This document shows positions 9,946-19,867 of a DNA stretch of 64,000 nucleotides, one piece after another (within the stretch, counting starts at the first letter, position 1; each line of letters starts with the position of its first letter). Location of the stretch: positions 66,230 through 130,229 of the forward strand of contig CANFXW010000005.1 of the NCBI GenBank assembly GCA_947451145.1, written 5' to 3'. This DNA is from Sphingomonadaceae bacterium. Lineage in GTDB: Bacteria > Pseudomonadota > Alphaproteobacteria > Sphingomonadales > Sphingomonadaceae. The translations under genes were made by a program, and so were the position numbers. A model generated the notes under the pieces. It saw only the letters and a list, made by a program, of their open reading frames with translations. It had not been told where the DNA came from and ran no database searches.

Positions 9946-10200
9946 ATGATCCGGTCGGTCAAGCTGGCGGCAGCCGCTGCTTTTGGCGGATTGCTGATCG
10001 CGGTCGCGGTTGTGTCAACAACGCAGCCGCCAGCTCGGCACGACACAACGACCTATGTCGCGGACGAGACAGGATCTCCGAACCCTCACGCCGCAGAACT
10101 CAAGCGCTGCAGCACGATCACCATGCCGGAGTCGGGATGCGATGCGGTCTGGGAAGCTGAGCGCCGCCGATTTTTCCATGGAAGGGACCGGCAGCCATGA
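9946..10200 (+). CDS. TrbK-alt-like putative entry-exclusion protein
   Basis: 84 aa, ATG two nt after the trbJ stop. One TM/signal helix and two Cys (RCSTITMPESGCDAVWEAERRRFF). Sits in the trbJ-trbL slot where TrbK-type exclusion proteins occur. Confidence 0.55.
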   Translation: MIRSVKLAAAAAFGGLLIAVAVVSTTQPPARHDTTTYVADETGSPNPHAAELKRCSTITMPESGCDAVWEAERRRFFHGRDRQP

Positions 10201-11477
10201 ATGATACCGGCGTCATCGACCAGTTTCTGACGGTCTTCACCCAATATATCGACAGCGGCTTCGGCTTGCTCGGCGGCGAGGTCGGCTTCCTGTCGACCAC
10301 CCTCATTGTCATCGACGTGACCATAGCCGCCTTGTTCTGGGCCTGGGGCACCGATGAAGATGTGCTGCAGCGCCTGATCAAGAAGACACTCTACATCGGC
10401 ACTTTCGCCTTCATCATCGGCAACTTCTCGAGCCTCGCTGGTATCATGCTCCAGAGCTTTGCCGGGCTTGGCCTGCAGGCCAGTGGTAGCGGTATGGCCA
10501 TCGGCGATTTCATGCGCCCCGGCGTTGTCGCTGCAACCGGACTTGATGCCGGGCAACCGCTACTCGACGCCACCGCCGATCTTGTTGGGCCGGTGGGTCT
10601 GTTCACCAATTTCGTGCAGATCCTGATCTTGCTGATCTCTTGGCTGATCGTCGTCATCGCCTTCTTCGTGCTGGCGATCCAGGTCTTCGTCACCATCATT
10701 GAGTTCAAGCTGGTGACGCTTGCAGGCTTCGTGCTGCTGCCGTTCGCCTTTTTCGGGCGCACCGCCTTCATGGCCGAGCGCGTCCTTGGCCACATCATTT
10801 CCTCCGGCATCAAAGTGCTCGTGCTTGCCGTCATCACCGGCATTGGCACGACCCTGTTCACGCAGTTCATCAATGCCGGACTCGGAGTCGAACCCGACAT
10901 CCAGCAAGTCATGGCGATTGCGCTTGCGGCCCTGACGTTGCTCGGCCTTGGTATCTTTGGTCCCAGCATCGCTAACGGCATTGTGTCGGGCGGACCGCAG
11001 CTTGGGGCAGGGGCGGCAGCAGGTACGGCGATCGCTGCTGGCGCGACGATTGCGGGCGGTATCGCAGGTGCCAAGCTCGCCGCAGGTGCCGCCGGCTCTG
11101 CCATAGCGGGCACGGCCACGGGCGGTGCCCGCGCGGCAGGCGGCGCATCGGGTGCCTATGCAGCCGGAGCCGCTGGCAAAACCGGACGGGCTGCGGCTGC
11201 CTCGGGTCTCGCCAACGTCGCAAAATCAGCCGCAAGCAGCGCGGCGTCACCGCTTCGCCGTGCAGCCGACAGTCTCAAGGCGAACTATGCCGGTGGCAAG
11301 GCCGGGACGCCCGCAAATGCGGCAACGACCGGCGCCGCCGATGGCCCTCCTGCATGGGCCACCGCGATGAAGCGGCGTCAGGCGATGACGCAGGGAGCCA
11401 ACATGGCCTCGCATACCCTCAAGGGCGGCGACAGCCACGGCGGCGGCTCTGGCCCCGACATCTCCGACAAAAGCTGA
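10197..11477 (+). CDS. trbL: TrbL (VirB6-like) conjugal transfer protein
   Basis: 426 aa with multiple TM helices and an Ala/Gly-rich low-complexity C-terminus. ATGA overlap with the upstream gene. Confidence 0.85.
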   Translation: MNDTGVIDQFLTVFTQYIDSGFGLLGGEVGFLSTTLIVIDVTIAALFWAWGTDEDVLQRLIKKTLYIGTFAFIIGNFSSLAGIMLQSFAGLGLQASGSGMAIGDFMRPGVVAATGLDAGQPLLDATADLVGPVGLFTNFVQILILLISWLIVVIAFFVLAIQVFVTIIEFKLVTLAGFVLLPFAFFGRTAFMAERVLGHIISSGIKVLVLAVITGIGTTLFTQFINAGLGVEPDIQQVMAIALAALTLLGLGIFGPSIANGIVSGGPQLGAGAAAGTAIAAGATIAGGIAGAKLAAGAAGSAIAGTATGGARAAGGASGAYAAGAAGKTGRAAAASGLANVAKSAASSAASPLRRAADSLKANYAGGKAGTPANAATTGAADGPPAWATAMKRRQAMTQGANMASHTLKGGDSHGGGSGPDISDKS

Positions 11478-11498
11478 AACTTCCGAAAAGGATCCGAC

Positions 11499-12182
11499 AT
11501 GTTTCGACGCCCCTCCATCCGCTACGGGACCAGTCCCGAGCCCGTCACACCCTATCAACGCGCCGCACAGGTCTGGGACGACCGCATCGGTTCAGCACGG
11601 GTGCAGGCGAAAAACTGGCGGCTCGCCTTCTTCGGTTGCCTCGCGCTTTCGGGAGGGCTGGCAGGCGGTCTCGTCTGGCAATCGGCGCGCGGCACGATCA
11701 CGCCCTGGGTGGTCGAAGTCGACAAGTTCGGCCAGGCACAGGCCATCGCGCCTGCCGATGTCGATTATCGCCCGACCGACCCGCAGATGGCGTTCCACCT
11801 TGCTCGCTTTATCGAACAGGTGCGCGCCATTCCCGCCGATCCGATTGTGCTGCGGCAAGACTGGCTCAGGGCTTACGACTTCACCACCGACCGCGGCGCG
11901 CAGGCGCTCAATGACTATGCGCGCAACAACGATCCCTTTGCCCAAGTCGGCAAGGTGCAGGTCGCGGTCGATGTGTCGAGCGTCGTTCGTGCGTCGAACG
12001 ACAGCTTTCGCGTCGGCTGGACCGAGCGGCGTTACCAGGATGGTGCACTCCTCGAGACCTCGCGGTGGTCAGCGATCCTGACCACCGTCGTTCAGCCACC
12101 ACGCACCCCCGATGCCCTGCGCAAGAATCCGCTCGGCCTGTTCATCAACGCCATCAACTGGTCAAAGGAGCTTAGCCAATGA
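11499..12182 (+). CDS. trbF: TrbF (VirB8-like) conjugal transfer protein
   Basis: 227 aa with a single N-terminal TM helix. Operon position between trbL and trbG. Confidence 0.8.
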   Translation: MFRRPSIRYGTSPEPVTPYQRAAQVWDDRIGSARVQAKNWRLAFFGCLALSGGLAGGLVWQSARGTITPWVVEVDKFGQAQAIAPADVDYRPTDPQMAFHLARFIEQVRAIPADPIVLRQDWLRAYDFTTDRGAQALNDYARNNDPFAQVGKVQVAVDVSSVVRASNDSFRVGWTERRYQDGALLETSRWSAILTTVVQPPRTPDALRKNPLGLFINAINWSKELSQ

Positions 12183-13096
12183 TCCGCCCGTCGCGCGCCC
12201 TGCGCACATCCATTATGCTCTCAGCGGTAACACTGATCTGCATCCCTGCCCAAGCCATGGCGCGCGAACAGCGCGCTCAGCCGCATCCAATTCCTGCTAC
12301 ATCGGCGCAGACCGTTGAGCCTGCCGACCCGCGCACCCGTGTTGGTAGAGCCAACGCCGCAGCGCGGGTGGAACCGGAGCGCACCAGCTATTTCAATGCC
12401 ATCCAGCAATATGCCTACACCGACGGCGCTCTGTTCCAGATTTACACCGCACCGGGGCAGATCACCGACATCATACTACAGGAAGGCGAGGAACTCGTCG
12501 GACCAGGGCCGGTCGCATCGGGCGATACGGTCCGCTGGATCATCGGCGACACGGTAAGCGGGAGCGGATCATCGCGCCGCGTTCACATCCTCGTCAAGCC
12601 GACGCGGGCCGACATTCGCACCAACCTCATCATCAATACCAATCGCCGCACCTATCATCTTGAACTCAGCGCGACGAACTCGACCTATATGGCCGCAGTC
12701 TCCTGGACCTATCCGCAGGACGCCCTGATCGCCCTGCGTACTGTCGAGGCCGAGCGTGAACGCACGGATCCGGTGGCGGCGGGAATCGATTTCTCAAGCC
12801 TGAACTTTCGCTACCGCATTGCGGGCGATCGCCCCGGATGGCGGCCAGTACGGGTGTTCGATGATGGCCGGCAGGTGTTCATCGAGTTTCCGGGTGACAT
12901 TGCCAGCGGCGATATGCCGCCGCTGTTCGTGATCGGCGCAGATCAGGCAGCTGAACTGGTGAACTACCGCGTGCAGGGCCGCTACATGGTTGTCGACCGG
13001 CTGTTTGAGCGTGCCGAACTGCGGCTTGGCGCAGGCAACAGCGCCAAGCAGGTTCGCATTGAGCGTGAACGCGCACGCCGCCGGAGCCGCTCATGA
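12179..13096 (+). CDS. trbG: TrbG (VirB9-like) conjugal transfer protein
   Basis: 305 aa with a signal peptide. ATGA overlaps on both sides. Operon position. Confidence 0.8.
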   Translation: MIRPSRALRTSIMLSAVTLICIPAQAMAREQRAQPHPIPATSAQTVEPADPRTRVGRANAAARVEPERTSYFNAIQQYAYTDGALFQIYTAPGQITDIILQEGEELVGPGPVASGDTVRWIIGDTVSGSGSSRRVHILVKPTRADIRTNLIINTNRRTYHLELSATNSTYMAAVSWTYPQDALIALRTVEAERERTDPVAAGIDFSSLNFRYRIAGDRPGWRPVRVFDDGRQVFIEFPGDIASGDMPPLFVIGADQAAELVNYRVQGRYMVVDRLFERAELRLGAGNSAKQVRIERERARRRSRS

Positions 13097-14418
13097 ACAC
13101 GCGACCGCAGGATGATGGCGTGCCACCGGTCACCAACCGGATTGTTGAGGCTGACGTCGAGACCGACGTTGAAACTGACGTTGAGGTCGAAGCCGAAGGC
13201 GATGAGCCTGACGACGAACGCCCAGTTGCACCGGCCAGTCCGGAGGGGTTTCGCCTTGGCGGGGAACCGCCGCGCGTCATGCGCTTGTCGCGCAAGGCAC
13301 TGGCTACTCTTGGGCTCCTCGTCAGCGTCGGGATTGGCGGTTCGCTGATCTACGCACTTCAGCCCAAGAACCACGCGCCAGCCGAGAATCTCTACGATAC
13401 GAACAGCCGCAACCGCGCGGACTCGGTCAATGGTGCGCCTGCCAACTATGGCGACGTACCAAAGCTAGGTCCTGCACTGCCCGGCGACCTCGGCGGTCCT
13501 ATTGTTGCCGCACAGCGTGGCGGACAGAATGTCCCGATCCCGCCCATTGGCACCGCCCCGGCCACAGGACAGCCCGATCCGCGGATTGCCGCCGCCGAGC
13601 AAGCGCGCGAGCGCGCGGCGCAGGAGCGTGACAGCGCCCGGACCAGTCGCCTCTTTCTTGCCGGAGAGACCGGAACGACCGACAGTCGGTCTGCAACCGC
13701 AGTAGGGCCAGCGCCATCAGCTTCGATACCGGGTGCCGATCCGGCTCAACCGTCTGCACCAACAGCCACGTCCAGTCGCCGCGCCTTTCTCGGACAGCCC
13801 GGCAACCGCAGCACGGAAAGCCCTGAGCGCATCATGCGCCTTGCATCGCCTTACGTTGTGCAGGCCGGCAGCGTCATACCGGCGGCACTCATAACCGGCA
13901 TCCGGTCAGACCTTCCAGGCCAGATCACGGCGCAGGTTACGCAAAATGTCTATGACAGCCCTACCGGCCGGATCCTCCTGATCCCCCAAGGCTCAAGGCT
14001 GATCGGTGAATATGACAGCGAGGTAGCCGCCGGACAGAACCGCGTGCTGCTGGCGTGGGACCGCCTCATCCTTCCCGGAGGTCAATCGATCCTGCTTGAT
14101 CGCCTGCCCGGCGCTGATGCTGCCGGTATGGCCGGCCTTGAAGACCAGACCAACTATCATTGGGGCAACATGCTCAAGGCCGCGCTCATTTCGACATTGC
14201 TGGGGGCTGGTACAGAGCTCATCTCGAATGGTGATAGCGATCTCATTCGGGCGCTGCGTTTCGGCACGCAGGACACCATAAGCCAGACCGGCAGGCAGGT
14301 CGTGCAGCGGCAATTGAATGTGCCGCCGACATTGACGGTGCGCCCCGGATTTCCGCTGCGCATCATCGTGACGCGCGATCTGGTGCTCGAACCTGTGCCT
14401 GCAGGAGGAACGCGATGA
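13093..14418 (+). CDS. trbI: TrbI (VirB10-like) conjugal transfer protein
   Basis: 441 aa with an acidic repeat N-terminus, a TM helix, a Pro-rich linker and a conserved C-terminal beta domain (GSRLIGEYDS...LLDRLPGADAAG). Confidence 0.85.
   Translation: MNTRPQDDGVPPVTNRIVEADVETDVETDVEVEAEGDEPDDERPVAPASPEGFRLGGEPPRVMRLSRKALATLGLLVSVGIGGSLIYALQPKNHAPAENLYDTNSRNRADSVNGAPANYGDVPKLGPALPGDLGGPIVAAQRGGQNVPIPPIGTAPATGQPDPRIAAAEQARERAAQERDSARTSRLFLAGETGTTDSRSATAVGPAPSASIPGADPAQPSAPTATSSRRAFLGQPGNRSTESPERIMRLASPYVVQAGSVIPAALITGIRSDLPGQITAQVTQNVYDSPTGRILLIPQGSRLIGEYDSEVAAGQNRVLLAWDRLILPGGQSILLDRLPGADAAGMAGLEDQTNYHWGNMLKAALISTLLGAGTELISNGDSDLIRALRFGTQDTISQTGRQVVQRQLNVPPTLTVRPGFPLRIIVTRDLVLEPVPAGGTR
13153..13200 (+). 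repeat. Imperfect 12-nt tandem repeat inside trbI encoding (D/E)V(E)T acidic repeats
   Basis: gacgtcgagacc / gacgttgaaact / gacgttgaggtc / gaagccgaaggc read directly. Encodes DVETDVETDVEVEAEG. Confidence 0.7.
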
Positions 14419-14642
14419 CCCGTCTCAAACTGACTGATCTGGCAGATGAAAAGCCGGTGCGGCTGACCTTGGAGCTCTCTGCCCGGCTTCACCGCGATCT
14501 GGTGGCTTATGCACTCGCCGTAAACGGCGGGGATGCCAAAGGTGCGCCGACCACCGAGCGGCTTATTCCGCCCATGCTTGAGCGGTTTATCGCAACTGAC
14601 CGGGCATTTGCCAAAGCGCGCAAGACACCTCAGACGGGGTAA
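14415..14642 (+). CDS. DUF2274-family small protein (conserved after trbI in this ICE type)
   Basis: 75 aa (MTRLKLTDLADEKPVRLTLELSARLHRDLVAYA...). ATGA overlap with trbI. Its 3' end overlaps the convergent LysR gene by 13 nt. Confidence 0.6.
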   Translation: MTRLKLTDLADEKPVRLTLELSARLHRDLVAYALAVNGGDAKGAPTTERLIPPMLERFIATDRAFAKARKTPQTG

Positions 14643-15526
14643 CGCTCGTTGATCAGGGTGAAGAAGCGTTGCAGCGCCGGATTGTCATTGTCTTCGCGCC
14701 AGTAAACCGAAAATTCGAGGCGCGTCGTGCCGTTCTGATCGTGGATATCGCGGAAATGGAGATCCGGCCATGTCACGCCCTGCGAGGCTTCGGTTGCGAT
14801 CGATATGAAACGACCGACCGATACAATGCTCAGCACGCTCTCGAGGCTGGTATTCTGCACGATGATGTTCGGCCGCCCGCCTTGTCCGGTCAGCCGCGCA
14901 GCAAGCAGATTGGCTAGAGTCGGACCAATGCCGCCGCCCGGCACCACGAACACTTCGCGGCGCAGATCACTCCAGTAGATCCGGTCGCTTTCGAGAAGCC
15001 GATGGCCCGACTGCAAGGCGACCATCAGCCTGTCAGACCAGACCGAGCGCGCCAGAATGCCACTCTCTTCCATCCCGGCCGGTGCCACCGCGACATCGAT
15101 GGTCCGTGATTGCAAGGCATTCAGCAGCTTTTCAGGGGCGGCTTCCTCGCCATCGAACTGGACGTCAGGAAATCGGGTCAGATACTCGGAGAAGGTCTGC
15201 TTCAGATTGCCTGCCATCAGCGAGGAGCTGTAACCGACAGCGAGACGCCCCTGTTCGCCATAGCTGACCGCTCTCGCAGTGGTCTGCAGATTGTCGATGT
15301 CGGTGATGATGCGCCGCGCAGACTCCAGAAAAACTTGGCCCATCTCGGTCGGCTCAGCTCCCCGCGTCGAGCGCGTAAACAACTTGATGCCGAGTTTGTC
15401 CTCAAGTTGCGTGACCCGCATGCTCAGCGTTGCCTGCTTCATGTTAAGCGCCGTAGCAGCACGGGAAAAGCTGCGGGTGTCTGCGGTCAGAACGGCGTAG
15501 CGGAGTTGCCGAACCTCGATCGTCAT
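14630..15526 (-). CDS. LysR-family transcriptional regulator
   Basis: 298 aa. N-terminal HTH RQLRYAVLTADTRSFSRAATALNMKQATLSMRVTQLEDKLGIKLF. Confidence 0.85.
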   Translation of the reverse strand: MTIEVRQLRYAVLTADTRSFSRAATALNMKQATLSMRVTQLEDKLGIKLFTRSTRGAEPTEMGQVFLESARRIITDIDNLQTTARAVSYGEQGRLAVGYSSSLMAGNLKQTFSEYLTRFPDVQFDGEEAAPEKLLNALQSRTIDVAVAPAGMEESGILARSVWSDRLMVALQSGHRLLESDRIYWSDLRREVFVVPGGGIGPTLANLLAARLTGQGGRPNIIVQNTSLESVLSIVSVGRFISIATEASQGVTWPDLHFRDIHDQNGTTRLEFSVYWREDNDNPALQRFFTLINERYPV

Positions 15527-15595
15527 GCTGCTAGTGCTCCCCCGTTCTCTTTCTTGCCGACATTGAGGCGCAATCGGACTGAAATCGCAATATAA

Positions 15596-15612
15596 ATTCG
15601 CGATAATGGAAT
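15596..15612. promoter_or_regulatory. Candidate LTTR box (ATTC-N9-GAAT, contains T-N11-A) in the LysR/NYN divergent intergenic region
   Basis: attcgcgataatggaat read directly, in an AT-rich 206-nt divergent spacer (15527-15732). Confidence 0.35.
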
Positions 15613-15732
15613 GAGGTCAGAGATCGATCCGTAAATTTACTTGCCCAGTCAGGCGGATGCCGGAATTTAACTTCAAATCTGTTTGATCTATTTTGGAGAC
15701 AAATTTTAACGGCGGCGTGGTAAGGATTCAAC

Positions 15733-16497
15733 ATGTCGAATGAACCCCGTGCTCCACGTCTTGCTGTCCTCATCGACGCTGACAATGCCTCCTCCCGTAT
15801 CGCTACCCGTCTGTTCGAAGAGATCGCCAAGATCGGTGAAGCCAGTGTGCGCCGGATTTATGGCGACTTCTCCGGAACCCGCCTCAAATCCTGGGCAGAG
15901 GTGCTTTCAACCCACGCAATCCGGGCGCAGCAGAATTTCGCCTACACCACCGGCAAGAATGCGTCTGACATTGCGCTCGTGATCGACGCCATGGACCTGT
16001 TGCATACCGGGCGCTTCGACGCCTTCTGTCTTGTATCGTCTGACAGTGATTTCACAGGGCTGGCGGCACGAATCCGCGAGCAAGGCATCGATGTCTATGG
16101 CTTCGGCGAGCAGAAAACTCCCGAGAGCTTCCGCCAGGCTTGCCGACGCTTCATCTACACGGAAAATCTTCTGCCGGAGGCTCCGACCTCGGAAGAGCCC
16201 GAACGCGCCGATCTGCGTCCTGCGGCAGCCAAACAAGCCCCAAGCGCGGCCGCCCCGCTTATTCGCAAGGCCATCGCGCAGCTGGACGATGACGGTGGCT
16301 GGGTTCCCTTGGGCCGAGTGGGCCAGCGTCTCGCCGAACTTGCCTCAGATTTCGATCCGCGTACCTATGGTCAGGCCAAGCTCAGCGATCTCGTAGACAA
16401 GGCGGGCGCGTTTGAATCGCGCCGCACGGAATCGGGCCATGTCCAAATTCGATTGAATACCGCAGATAAGCGAGCGCCGAAAACGTCGACGAGATAG
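15733..16497 (+). CDS. NYN-domain (LabA/limkain-b1-like) protein with C-terminal OST-HTH/LOTUS-like domain
   Basis: 254 aa. RLAVLIDADNAS...GKNASDIALVIDAMDLL...FCLVSSDSDFTGLA gives the acidic NYN signature. The C-terminal segment GWVPLGRVGQRL...YGQAKLSDLV resembles OST-HTH. Confidence 0.65.
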   Translation: MSNEPRAPRLAVLIDADNASSRIATRLFEEIAKIGEASVRRIYGDFSGTRLKSWAEVLSTHAIRAQQNFAYTTGKNASDIALVIDAMDLLHTGRFDAFCLVSSDSDFTGLAARIREQGIDVYGFGEQKTPESFRQACRRFIYTENLLPEAPTSEEPERADLRPAAAKQAPSAAAPLIRKAIAQLDDDGGWVPLGRVGQRLAELASDFDPRTYGQAKLSDLVDKAGAFESRRTESGHVQIRLNTADKRAPKTSTR

Positions 16498-16519
16498 GCA
16501 GCGTCCAACTGCCGTTTTT
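16497..16519 (+). terminator. Putative rho-independent terminator after the NYN gene
   Basis: GGCAG-cgtccaa-CTGCC stem-loop followed by GTTTTT, starting at the NYN stop codon. Lies between convergent genes. Confidence 0.45.
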
Positions 16520-19500
16520 CTAGGATAGTCCCTCAATCATCCGATCAATGTAGCTCGTTCCACTGGCTTCCATGAAAAGGACATTTCGAGCCTCGAGATC
16601 CGCACGATTCACTCGGCTGGTGTTGATCAAGTCCCCGAAATTGGTTTCAGAAAGGATGAAGGCATTCAGGCTTAGGGTGCCGTCGCCAATCTCTGCCTCG
16701 AGCTTCTTCACTTCCTCGAACAGCCCGAATTTCGGGTCGTCGAGGTCGAGGTTCCGAATGCCCTTGGGATCCAGGAAGCTCAGGCTCTGATGCCCTGTTT
16801 CCTCATCTACGAGCCACAGCAGGAAATCCGGATAGAAGTTGCCCGCCAGAGCGAAGCCCAGCCCCTTTGCTTTGGTGTCGGCATTGCGGAGCAGGTACAG
16901 ACTCCGTTTCCCGATTGCTTTGCGCCCAGCATCGGATTGGTAAAAGGCCATCAGGTCCTGCACGAACCTGACTTCACTCTCCGCGCCAAGACCTAGCGGC
17001 CGCATCTTCAACGGGAGGGTGCCATCCTTGACCGGGCAGAGCAGCGGGTAAAACAGGTGCCGATCGAAGCTGATCGCGACCATGTTGGCCGCGTGCCACT
17101 TGCTGGCTTCACCGATATTCCCGGCTGCGACAATCTCCTGCAGCGCCTTCAGACGGTTCAGGTAGCTTTCGCCGGCGTCGCTGTTCTCGATCTCGAACTG
17201 GTAGAGCTTGAGCATTGAACCATGCTCTTCGGTCACTTCGTCGAGGTCAAAATACTGACCCTCATAGGCCGCTTTCAGGCCTTGATAGAAACGGTCGGTG
17301 TAGTCGCATAGCAGCTGAAGCAGCACATCCTGAAGCTTCAGGATCGTCGTGAAGCCCGAGAATGTCAGCTCGTTCGCAGGCATGAATAGGGTGTACCAGT
17401 CGTCCCGGCTCTCGCAGAACTGGCGCAGCCGGACCTCGTCCAGACGAAGGTTGCTCCAGCTCTTCTGCAGCTTGTACTGCTGCAGCGACAGGAACAGGCG
17501 GTCCCAATCGAACATGGCCATGATGGCACGGTCGATCTTGCCGATGTGGCGCGCGTTCCCAACATCCGCCTGGCCCTTGCCGTCAGAGGCCATGGCCTCA
17601 ACGCGTGGATAGAGGTCCAGTGTGACATGCGGCGGCTTGATCTTGCCTTCGAATTCCGCGGGCACTTCGTAGAGCCATGGAAAGTGGACTCGCTTGAACC
17701 CTTTGGCCTGATTGTCCTTGTAGCCATCTCGCAGTTTCAGCGTTTTGAGCCGCCGACCAGTGGGAAGGTTGCTGCGCGTCGGGAAATCGAGCGTTATGAT
17801 TTCGTCGCTGGGTGTGATGCCTTCCTCAATCAGATATTCGCGGAAGGTGGCCATGTAGTCGGCCCGCACCCCGAAGATGTTCAGTGCCTCCAGTTTTTCC
17901 AGATAGCTGCCCTTGGGCCGTTCGGTCGGCAAAGACCGTTTAAGCGACATGTCACGCCCCTTTAGGCGGACGCCGCGGCCGAAGAGCTGGATGATCTGGG
18001 AGCCTTCGCCTCGGCCCATGTTGAGAAGGCCCATCGTCGATACGCGCCAGCTCGACCAGCCCTCAGTGAACTTGCGCGAACCCACCAGCATCGACATGCG
18101 GCTGTCAGGCAGGTTGATCTGATGAAACAGGCTGCCAGCGAAATCGTGGCCTTCGGTGTCGAAGCCCTTGGTTTCCAGATCGTCGGCGGTTTTGTAGAAG
18201 CCGCTGTCGTCGCCGATGTTGATCAGCCCGAATGGCTCTGACGTGCCGACGCGCAGCGCCAGTTCGCCCTTGCTGCTCTTGAGGTTGATGAGCTTCAGGC
18301 GCTGGCGCGATTCCGCATTGAACACGCGGCGAAGGATGTCGGCATAGACGGCTTCGACATCTTGCCCGAGAAGTGGCGTGAAGCGCCCGGCGAAGATACT
18401 GCGCCCCTTGGTATCAAGCAGTTGGGCTCGGTCGGCGATCAGCTCTGCGATCCAGCCTTTAGCGCGGCCGTCATTGTTCAAAAACCCGGCGAGGAAGCTG
18501 AGGACCGCCATAAGGTCGCTCTCTTCCCCGGCGACGGTATGGCCGACAAACACCCAGAGCGGCCGCTCGATGTTGAAATCGGCCATGACGGACCGCTTCG
18601 TCTCCCACAGGTAGAGCTGCTGGTAGAACGCCAGCAGGCACGCCGTGAAGTAGAGCGCGCGGGTTTCCTCGTTGCGGTCATCCGCCAAGTTGAGGATCAG
18701 GTGCTCCTTGCCGTAGCCATCGGCGTAGAAGAACTTGTAGCTGTAATCGAACAGGATTGCCTTGGCGTAAGTTTCCTTCACGGCATCGCTGCGCGCCCGC
18801 TTTTGCTCGGCAAGGCTCAGGCTCAGCTGCGCCTTTTCATCGCCGGAGAGGGTGCGCCATTGGCGATCCGGGAAGATCCGTTTGGCCTTCTTTTTCAGCA
18901 GCTCCTCTTCGGCCTTCTCGACTGTCATGCCCTTGCCGACAGCTTGCGAGAAAGTGGCGCTGTATTCAAAGGCAAATCCCTTGCTGACCAGCTTCTCGCG
19001 GCGGGCAAGCCATGCGCCTGCACCGCTGCTGGTGCCGCGATGGCCTTCATCGACCAGCACGAGATTGTCGCCTTCGAAGGCGTCTACGGCGACCGTCTTG
19101 TCGCCGCCCTCATCCCCGAGCTTGTTGACGTCGATCACCTCGATCGTGCCGGGGAAGTCCGGCGCACGGTTCTTGTCGAACAGCCGGTGGAACGAGAAGC
19201 CGGAGAGCGACAACTCCTCAAGATGCTGGCGCGACAGGCCCTCATTGGGGGTGAGGATGATGATCTTGTCTGGCCAAGGACCGGAAACACTCGCGCCCGA
19301 ACCCACGCCCGCATTGCCGCCGCGGTAATAGTGCAGATACTGCCGGATATTGACGTGGAGCAGCAACGTCTTGCCGCTGCCGGTTGCGCTCCAATAGGCG
19401 ATCTTGTTGAGATCGTCGGCAGTGTAGGGGCGGAACGGCTCAGCACCTTCTTCCGCACGGTACGCGTCCAGTTCGGCGTTCAGGCCATCGAGCAAGTCCT

Positions 19501-19867
19501 GCCGATGGTTGAAATACCAGTCGAGGTAGATTTCGCTGAACAGCAGGCTGAGGTACTGGAAGTACTTCATCGTCAGCACCGCGCCCTCGGCGACGTTGCG
19601 CTTTTCAGTGATGGCTTTCCAATGAGCAACGATGTTCAGGTCATAGCGGCGCAGTTCGGCATTGCTGATGCGGTCATATTCGAACAGGTCACGCACCAGT
19701 TCGTGGAAAAACCGCGTCTGCCCGTCATCGTCCAGCCCCTCGTGCCGGTCAGCGCCCAGGCGCTCCTTGAGCACGGCGAGGCTCTTCCCCCGGAAGTGGG
19801 AGAGCATCCAGCGGTTGAGCACCAGCTCCTGATGGAAGCTGCGACGTCGTTGCGGAGCGCGTGCCAT
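16520..19867 (-). CDS. Res-like (type III restriction-type) DEAD/DEAH helicase with C-terminal PD-(D/E)xK nuclease motif
   Basis: 1115 aa. Motif I SATGSGKTLLL (19367-19387) and motif II LVLVDEGHRG (~19040-19051). C-terminal NFYPDFLLWLVDE...SFLDPKG (~16760-16840) fits PD...(D/E)xK. Its start overlaps the stop of the upstream methyltransferase (TGATG). Confidence 0.75.
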   Translation of the reverse strand: MARAPQRRRSFHQELVLNRWMLSHFRGKSLAVLKERLGADRHEGLDDDGQTRFFHELVRDLFEYDRISNAELRRYDLNIVAHWKAITEKRNVAEGAVLTMKYFQYLSLLFSEIYLDWYFNHRQDLLDGLNAELDAYRAEEGAEPFRPYTADDLNKIAYWSATGSGKTLLLHVNIRQYLHYYRGGNAGVGSGASVSGPWPDKIIILTPNEGLSRQHLEELSLSGFSFHRLFDKNRAPDFPGTIEVIDVNKLGDEGGDKTVAVDAFEGDNLVLVDEGHRGTSSGAGAWLARREKLVSKGFAFEYSATFSQAVGKGMTVEKAEEELLKKKAKRIFPDRQWRTLSGDEKAQLSLSLAEQKRARSDAVKETYAKAILFDYSYKFFYADGYGKEHLILNLADDRNEETRALYFTACLLAFYQQLYLWETKRSVMADFNIERPLWVFVGHTVAGEESDLMAVLSFLAGFLNNDGRAKGWIAELIADRAQLLDTKGRSIFAGRFTPLLGQDVEAVYADILRRVFNAESRQRLKLINLKSSKGELALRVGTSEPFGLINIGDDSGFYKTADDLETKGFDTEGHDFAGSLFHQINLPDSRMSMLVGSRKFTEGWSSWRVSTMGLLNMGRGEGSQIIQLFGRGVRLKGRDMSLKRSLPTERPKGSYLEKLEALNIFGVRADYMATFREYLIEEGITPSDEIITLDFPTRSNLPTGRRLKTLKLRDGYKDNQAKGFKRVHFPWLYEVPAEFEGKIKPPHVTLDLYPRVEAMASDGKGQADVGNARHIGKIDRAIMAMFDWDRLFLSLQQYKLQKSWSNLRLDEVRLRQFCESRDDWYTLFMPANELTFSGFTTILKLQDVLLQLLCDYTDRFYQGLKAAYEGQYFDLDEVTEEHGSMLKLYQFEIENSDAGESYLNRLKALQEIVAAGNIGEASKWHAANMVAISFDRHLFYPLLCPVKDGTLPLKMRPLGLGAESEVRFVQDLMAFYQSDAGRKAIGKRSLYLLRNADTKAKGLGFALAGNFYPDFLLWLVDEETGHQSLSFLDPKGIRNLDLDDPKFGLFEEVKKLEAEIGDGTLSLNAFILSETNFGDLINTSRVNRADLEARNVLFMEASGTSYIDRMIEGLS

